From: Phycisphaera mikurensis NBRC 102666
Lineage (GTDB): Bacteria > Planctomycetota > Phycisphaerae > Phycisphaerales > Phycisphaeraceae
DNA length: 32,000 nucleotides
Assembly: GCF_000284115.1 (NCBI RefSeq)
Contig: NC_017080.1
Span: 1,620,001-1,652,000 of the forward strand
Reading direction: 5' to 3'
The translations under genes were made by a program, and so were the position numbers. The notes under the pieces are model-generated. The model was not told the origin of the DNA. It saw only the letters and a list, made by a program, of their open reading frames with translations, and did no database searches. Of the stretch, positions 26,808 through 32,000 are shown in pieces. The stretch's first letter is position 1. Each line of letters opens with the position of its first letter.

Positions 26808-27340
26808 GCCGCGACACCCGCAACGCTCTCCTCCGCGCGGCCCTCGTGCTCGTGTTCGGCTTCGCCGCCGTCCTGCTCGTGCTCGCCTTCCAACGCCATG
26901 ACGCCGCGGGCGGCCTCGAGGAGGACCTCGCCGACCTGACCGCGGCGCTGGAAGAGAAAGCCGCGGCGGACCCGGCGGGCGAGGACGACCTGGGCGAGCG
27001 CGTCGGCGAGCGGATGCGGCAGCGGTTCGTCTTCGGATCGGCGCCCGAAGACCGCTTCCGCAGCGTGCGCGGGGTGCTCGGGGACCGCGTCTTCTTCGAG
27101 GGGGGCGAGAGCGTCCGCGTCGGCGAGAGCTTCGACGGGGCGGAGGTGCTGGGGGTCGGAGCCGAGTCGGTCCGGTTCCGCCACGAGGGCGAGGAGGTGA
27201 CGATCGACGTGGGCGGCGGCGGCGGCGGTGGAGCCAGCGGCGGCTTCGGGGGGTTCTCCGGCGGCCCGTCCGGCTTCGGCGGCTTCCCCGGTGGCGACCG
27301 CCCCCGCGGCTCCGGGAACCCACGCCGCCCGCGCTCGTAA
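26804..27340 (+). CDS. GspC/PilP-like secretin-interacting protein with a Gly/Phe-rich tail, 178 aa
   Basis: The ATG at 26804 overlaps the upstream stop as ATGA. The protein has an N-terminal TM helix (ALLRAALVLVFGFAAVLLVLAF). The beta-rich segment VRGVLGDRVFFEGGESVRVGESFDGAEVLGVGAESVRFRHEGEEVTIDV resembles GspC HR / PilP domains. The C-terminus is GGGGGGGASGGFGGFSGGPSGFGGFPGG. The gene lies immediately upstream of the secretin. Confidence 0.4.
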   Translation: MSRDTRNALLRAALVLVFGFAAVLLVLAFQRHDAAGGLEEDLADLTAALEEKAAADPAGEDDLGERVGERMRQRFVFGSAPEDRFRSVRGVLGDRVFFEGGESVRVGESFDGAEVLGVGAESVRFRHEGEEVTIDVGGGGGGGASGGFGGFSGGPSGFGGFPGGDRPRGSGNPRRPRS

Positions 27341-27370
27341 CGTCGGTCTCCGGGTTCCCCTTTGCCGCTC

Positions 27371-30300
27371 ATGCTCCAACGCAGCCCGAACCCTCTCTCG
27401 TGTCTCCGCCGCCTCGTCCTGGCCGGCGCCCTCGCGGCCGCCGTGCCGCCGCACGCCCGCGCCCAACCCGCGGACGGCGAGCCCGCGGAGGCCCAAGCCG
27501 CCGCGGTCCGCGGCGAGGCCGCGGAGGAGGGAGCCGCCGCGGGCGGCGGTCCGGCGTCGGCGGCCGGTGAACCCCCCGCCGCGGGAGGAGGCCGCGAGGA
27601 GGAGCAGGAGGAGCAGGACGACGGCCGCGTCGCCGTCTCGTTCCGCGACGTCGAGCTCTCCGAGATCGCCCGCTTCTACCTGGATCGCCTGAAGAAGCCG
27701 GCCCTCATCGACGAGGAGGTGAAGGACACCCGCGTCACCATCCTCGCCAACGAGAAGATGCCCGTCGCCGACGCGATGGAGCTCATCGGCAACGCGCTGC
27801 GGGCCCGCGGCGTGCTCGTGGCCGAGGGCGCGAACCAGGTCGAGTTCCTGCCGCTGTCCGCCGTCGGCCGCATCGACCGCCGCCGCGTCGGCCCCGCCCA
27901 GAGCGTCGACGCGCTGGAGAACCAGGCCGAGATCGTGGACAAGACCTTCGAGCTGAAGCACTACGACGTCGCCCGCCTCCGCGACGTGATGGTGCCGCTG
28001 CTGCCGGAGTACGCGCTCGTGTTCGCCGATCCGAACTCGCGCCGGCTGACGGTGACCGCCGCGGCCGCCGACCTGGGCCGCGTCGAGCGGCTGGTCGAGC
28101 GTCTCGACGTGCCGCAGGCCGACGGCGTGATCGAGCGGATCTTCAAGATCCAGCAGGGCGACGCGAGCGCCATCGTCTCCACGGTGCGGCTGATCATCTC
28201 CGGGTCGCTCGGCGTCGAGGCGACCGGGCTGATGGACGACGGCGGCGGGGCGTCTTCTCGCGACGGCGGCCGGAACCGCGACAACCGCAGCGGCCGCGAC
28301 GCCGAGGCTGGCCCCAACGTCGTCTCCATCGAGCGCGGCGAGAGCCCGATCCTGCTCCGGGCCGACGTCGGCCGGAACTGGGTCATCGCCGTGGCCGAGC
28401 CGCGCGTGATGGAACAGATCCAGCGGTGGGTGGAGGAGCTGGACCAACCGCCCGCGGACGAGGGCCAGGACCGGCCTTACGTGCTGATCGACGTGGAGCA
28501 CGCCGACATCGACGAGGTCGCCAGCCAGGTGCAGGAAGCCGTGGCCGCCATCCCCGACGACGACCTCGCCCGCAGCGTCCGCGTCATCCCGTTCCCCAAG
28601 TCACGCCAGCTGCTGGTGTACGGCGGGCAGCGGGGCCGCAACCTCGTGCAGAGCCTGCTCGCCGAGCTCGACGTGGAGGCCTCGCAGTACCAGCTGATCC
28701 GCGAGTTCTCGCTTCAGAACGGCCAGGCCGACGACGTCGCCGCGAAGATCGAGGCCCTCTTCGGGGAGGAGGAGGACGACAATTCCTGGTGGCGTCGCCG
28801 GCGGGGCGCCGACGACGAGAACAAGGTGAAGGTCTCCGCCGACGCGGCCCGCAACTCGGTCACGGTGCTGACGGACCCGCAGCGGATGGAGCGGATCGCC
28901 GAGATGATCCACGAGCAGTGGGACCGCCCGCTGGACTTCGGTGCCGTGGCCCCCCGCGTCTACACGCTGAAGCACTCCGACCCGGTGCAGGTCCAGGAGC
29001 TGCTGGAAGGCATGTTCACCACCTCCAGCAGCACCTCCCGAGGCAGCTGGTGGAACCGCACCACCGAGACCACCCAGGCCGTCGGCCCGCTCTTCGGCCA
29101 GTTCAGCTTCGAGGCGCTCCGCGGCAGCGACAAGCTGATCGTCACCGCCAAGAGCGCCGACAGCTACGTCGTGATCGACGAGCTGATGGCCGAGATCGAC
29201 CAGCCCCAGGTTGCCGGCCTGCCCGTGCTCATCGAGCTCAAGCACGCCAACGCCGAGGACGTGGCCGAGCAGCTCAACGCGACCTTCGCCGAGGCCGGCA
29301 CGCTGGCGCAGCTGCCGCGGACCGAGCGTGGCCTCACCCGGTCGCTGCGAACCAGCACCCGGACCACCCAGAGCCCCAACCTCGTGGGCGGCGGGAACAA
29401 CAACCGCAACAACAACCAGAACCAGCAGAACAACAACAACGCCAACAACGACCCCGGCCAGATCCGCTTCTGGTGGAGCCAGAGCCGGCCCCGGGTGGAC
29501 GAGCAGCCCACCAGCAACCTCATCGGCAAGCCCCGCTTCGTGCCGGTGAACCGCCGCAACGCGATCATGGTGCTCGCCCCGCGGGCGTACCTCCAGCCCC
29601 TGCGCGACCTCATCGCCGAGCTGGACCTGCCCGGCAGCCAGGTGGTCATCAACGCGATCATCACCGAGGTCATCCACGACGACGTGTCGACGCTGGGTGT
29701 CCGCTTCGCCAGCGACCCGGCGATCTTCAACGACTCGCGGCTGCAGGACCAGAGCCTCGGCGGCGGGGTCAACGTCGACTTCAACGAGACCTTCGGCAGC
29801 GGCCGGGGCATCCTCGGGGCGAACCTGAATCTCAACCTGCTGCTGCAGCTGCTCATCCGCAAGGTGGACCTGCGGATCCTCAACGAGCCCCGCGTCTACA
29901 CCGCCGACAACCAGGAGGCGCACTTCTTCGACGGCCAGGACGTGCCCACCGTGGTCAGCGAGCTGGTCCGCGGCGACAGCGACGGCAACGTGACCCGCGG
30001 CTTCGAGTACCAGCCGGTGGGCACGCGGCTGCACGTGCGGCCGCACATCACCCAGGAGGGCGACATCGACCTCGAGGTGAACCTGGAGCTCTCGCGGATC
30101 GAGGCCGGCGAGACCGTCTTCGGCAACTTCATCTTCAACCGCCGGGAGACCACCACGCAGGTGACGCTGCAGGACGGGCAGACCGTGGTGATCTCCGGCA
30201 TCGTCCGGCAGGAAGACTTCGAGGACGTCCGCAAGCTGCCGCTGCTCGGCGACATCCCGCTGGTCGGCGGGCTGTTCCGCAACACCGACCGGGGCATCCG

Positions 30301-30610
30301 CAACCGGGAGGTGATCGCCTTCATCACCCCGCGGATCATCAACCCCGCCGGCGACGAGGCGGAGCTGCTCTCCGAGCGGAACGCCCAGTGGCTGGAGCGG
30401 ATCCGCGGGGCGATGAGCGGCGACGAGCCGGAGAACCGGGACGCGCGGACGATGCCCCTGGACGATCTCCGCAGCCGGCCCGTCCCGGTGCCCGATCCCG
30501 ACTCCCCGTCGACGCCCTCGCTCGACGAAGCCGACGGCTTCCGCGCGCCGGAGCCGACGAGGGTGGACATCCCCGCCGACGATGAGGACGCTTCGCAGGT
30601 GCGGCGTTGA
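27371..30610 (+). CDS. gspD: type II/III secretion system secretin (GspD family), 1079 aa, with an expanded N-domain region
   Basis: The ATG at 27371 gives the signal peptide MLQRSPNPLSCLRRLVLAGALAAAVPPHARA. A TTG at 27362 is a possible alternative start. The N0-like domain is VSFRDVELSEIARFYLDRLKKPALID.... Several N1-type modules follow. The C-terminal secretin core reads ILNEPRVYTADNQEAHFFDGQDVP ... YQPVGTRLHVRPHI ... RRETTTQVTLQDGQTVVISGI ... KLPLLGDIPLVGGLFRNT ... REVIAFITPRII. Confidence 0.92.
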   Translation: MLQRSPNPLSCLRRLVLAGALAAAVPPHARAQPADGEPAEAQAAAVRGEAAEEGAAAGGGPASAAGEPPAAGGGREEEQEEQDDGRVAVSFRDVELSEIARFYLDRLKKPALIDEEVKDTRVTILANEKMPVADAMELIGNALRARGVLVAEGANQVEFLPLSAVGRIDRRRVGPAQSVDALENQAEIVDKTFELKHYDVARLRDVMVPLLPEYALVFADPNSRRLTVTAAAADLGRVERLVERLDVPQADGVIERIFKIQQGDASAIVSTVRLIISGSLGVEATGLMDDGGGASSRDGGRNRDNRSGRDAEAGPNVVSIERGESPILLRADVGRNWVIAVAEPRVMEQIQRWVEELDQPPADEGQDRPYVLIDVEHADIDEVASQVQEAVAAIPDDDLARSVRVIPFPKSRQLLVYGGQRGRNLVQSLLAELDVEASQYQLIREFSLQNGQADDVAAKIEALFGEEEDDNSWWRRRRGADDENKVKVSADAARNSVTVLTDPQRMERIAEMIHEQWDRPLDFGAVAPRVYTLKHSDPVQVQELLEGMFTTSSSTSRGSWWNRTTETTQAVGPLFGQFSFEALRGSDKLIVTAKSADSYVVIDELMAEIDQPQVAGLPVLIELKHANAEDVAEQLNATFAEAGTLAQLPRTERGLTRSLRTSTRTTQSPNLVGGGNNNRNNNQNQQNNNNANNDPGQIRFWWSQSRPRVDEQPTSNLIGKPRFVPVNRRNAIMVLAPRAYLQPLRDLIAELDLPGSQVVINAIITEVIHDDVSTLGVRFASDPAIFNDSRLQDQSLGGGVNVDFNETFGSGRGILGANLNLNLLLQLLIRKVDLRILNEPRVYTADNQEAHFFDGQDVPTVVSELVRGDSDGNVTRGFEYQPVGTRLHVRPHITQEGDIDLEVNLELSRIEAGETVFGNFIFNRRETTTQVTLQDGQTVVISGIVRQEDFEDVRKLPLLGDIPLVGGLFRNTDRGIRNREVIAFITPRIINPAGDEAELLSERNAQWLERIRGAMSGDEPENRDARTMPLDDLRSRPVPVPDPDSPSTPSLDEADGFRAPEPTRVDIPADDEDASQVRR

Positions 30611-31953
30611 GACCGCCGAAGCTCGCGGCGCCGGGCTCGCGGGCCGCGCCTCTTGGCCCGAGGAGCGCCCCGGCCGGGCGAGGCGGAACCGGGGCGGCCC
30701 GTTGGCTCGCGGCCGCCGTCGCGGGCGGCGTCGGCTTGGTCGTCGGGTCCGCGGGCTGCTCGGGCCCGCCTCCGGGGCTCCCGCCGTCCGCTGCGCCGGT
30801 GCGGGTGACCGAGGGGACCGGCGCCTTCCGCGACACCTTCGAGGGCAGCGTGACCGCCGCCGTGATTGCTCGCGGCAGCGTGCGCCACGCCGGGCTGGGG
30901 CTGCCGGTCGTCTCGCCCGACGGCCGCTTCATCGCGGCCCTCGAGCACGCCGGCGGACCGGCCTCCCTCGACGCCGACGCCCCGCTCTTGGGCCGCGGGC
31001 TCGGCGGCGTCTCCCTCTGGGTGCGGGCGGTGGAGGCGGAGGCGGACCGGCCGGCCGCCCCCGGCGGCGGCGGGATCGACGCCGCGGCCGTGCCGGTCGC
31101 GCTGCAGGACGCGTCCTTCCCCACCTTCGGCCCCGACGGCCGGCTGTGGTCGGTGAGCGTCGGCCCCGGCGGTGACGCGCTCCTCCGCTACGACCCCGTC
31201 GACGGGTCGCTGCGACGCCTCGCCACCGGCCTCAAGCGGATCGCCTTCCCTTCGCCCGATCCCACCGGTCGCTACGTGGCCGTCTCCGGTTTCGGTGGCA
31301 ACCCCGAGGCCGCGACGCTGTTCCTCGTCGACGTGCCCGCCGGGCGGGCCACCCCCGGCCCGCCGCCCGGCTCGGGCGGCCGCGGGCAGGTCCTGCCCCG
31401 CTGGGAAGCACCCGGCGTCGTGCTCTTCGTCGAGCTCCGAGAGGGCCCCGACGGCGCGCCGTCGCCCGCCGCGTTGCGGCGGTGGCGGGTGGGCGAATCC
31501 AGCGCCGCGGACGTCGCCTCGCTGCCGGTGCTCCCCTCGGTCTTCGACGCCGGCTCGCTCTACGCCGGAGTGGCCGACCCGATCGGCCCCGGCGGGCGGT
31601 ACCTCGTGTTCTTCGATCCGGCGGCGGAGCCCCCCGGGCTCCGCCGGGTCGACCTGGCCACCGGCGGCGTCGAGCCGGTGGCCGCCGGCGGCACCGCCGC
31701 GGCGAGCTGGGATGCCGACCGCCTCGTCGTCGCCGTGCAGCCGGCTTCGGAGAACCGCGGCCTCGCGAAGGAAGCCGGCCTCCGCCTCCTCGAGCTGGCC
31801 CCGGGCAACCGCGGCTCGGTCACGCTGCTACCCGGCGATTGGGCGCCGCTCCGCGTGGAGCCCCGGGCCGGCGGTGGCGCCGCCATCCTCGCCGTCGCAC
31901 CCGGCGAGCGGCCCGACCGCCTGAAGCTCGTGCAGCTCTTCGTCGTGCCCTGA
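30607..31953 (+). CDS. putative lipoprotein with TolB/PD40-like beta-propeller repeats, 448 aa
   Basis: The TTG at 30607 overlaps the secretin stop as TTGA. The hydrophobic segment WLAAAVAGGVGLVVGSAGC ends in a lipobox-like SAGC. Recurrent SPDGRFIA, FGPDGRLW, DPTGRYVAV and GPGGRYLVF motifs resemble PD40 propeller blades. The start codon is uncertain because the n-region is long. Confidence 0.55.
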   Translation: MRPPKLAAPGSRAAPLGPRSAPAGRGGTGAARWLAAAVAGGVGLVVGSAGCSGPPPGLPPSAAPVRVTEGTGAFRDTFEGSVTAAVIARGSVRHAGLGLPVVSPDGRFIAALEHAGGPASLDADAPLLGRGLGGVSLWVRAVEAEADRPAAPGGGGIDAAAVPVALQDASFPTFGPDGRLWSVSVGPGGDALLRYDPVDGSLRRLATGLKRIAFPSPDPTGRYVAVSGFGGNPEAATLFLVDVPAGRATPGPPPGSGGRGQVLPRWEAPGVVLFVELREGPDGAPSPAALRRWRVGESSAADVASLPVLPSVFDAGSLYAGVADPIGPGGRYLVFFDPAAEPPGLRRVDLATGGVEPVAAGGTAAASWDADRLVVAVQPASENRGLAKEAGLRLLELAPGNRGSVTLLPGDWAPLRVEPRAGGGAAILAVAPGERPDRLKLVQLFVVP

Positions 31954-32000
31954 GCGTTGATGCCGGTGGCGTCTCGCTCGCCGTCGCGTGTCGATGACGC

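Noticed and set aside
22825-27372. A 1515-aa ORF on the minus strand running antisense through gspI to the C-like gene.
   Set aside because: The product is Arg/Pro/Ala/Gly low-complexity sequence with no recognisable domain. It lies opposite a chain of plus-strand genes that have clear family motifs. Stop-free antisense frames are expected at this GC content and codon bias.

Overview
This is a very GC-rich bacterial chromosomal segment (by eye above 70% G+C, with strong G/C preference at codon position 3). Most genes lack a Shine-Dalgarno sequence. I can support 25 protein-coding genes and saw no rRNA, tRNA, CRISPR array, transposase or integrase.

Layout on the minus strand, from the left:
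- a small single-pass membrane protein (3-650)
- monomeric isocitrate dehydrogenase (800-3016)
- a 947-aa glycine-rich autotransporter (3310-6153)
- a secreted GH16 glycoside hydrolase (6243-7178)

Layout on the plus strand:
- an ABC-2 type transporter with a GldG-like auxiliary subunit (7339-11023)
- a nusA-infB-(tautomerase)-rbfA-(HhH-GPD-like) block (11455-18062)
- hisG (18370-19251) and aroA (19327-20628)
- a 0.9-kb non-coding gap filled by an 85-bp tandem repeat array (about 20727-21470)
- a ten-gene type II secretion-like operon, tightly translationally coupled: gspG, H-, I-, J-like, K, L-like, M-like, C/PilP-like, a 1079-aa secretin and a beta-propeller lipoprotein (21540-31953)

No gspE, gspF or gspO is present in the window.

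The features most worth follow-up are:
- the atypical T2SS-like operon, with its oversized multi-N-domain secretin and coupled lipoprotein
- the 85-bp palindrome-bearing tandem array directly upstream of it
- a REP-like inverted-repeat family (core CCGCGGACCG / CGGTCCGCGG) found in four intergenic regions
- a terminator-like structure in the nusA leader

Gene content and style are compatible with a Planctomycetota/PVC-type organism, but that is inference only. All functional calls rest on motifs I recognised in the translated ORFs. No database search was run.
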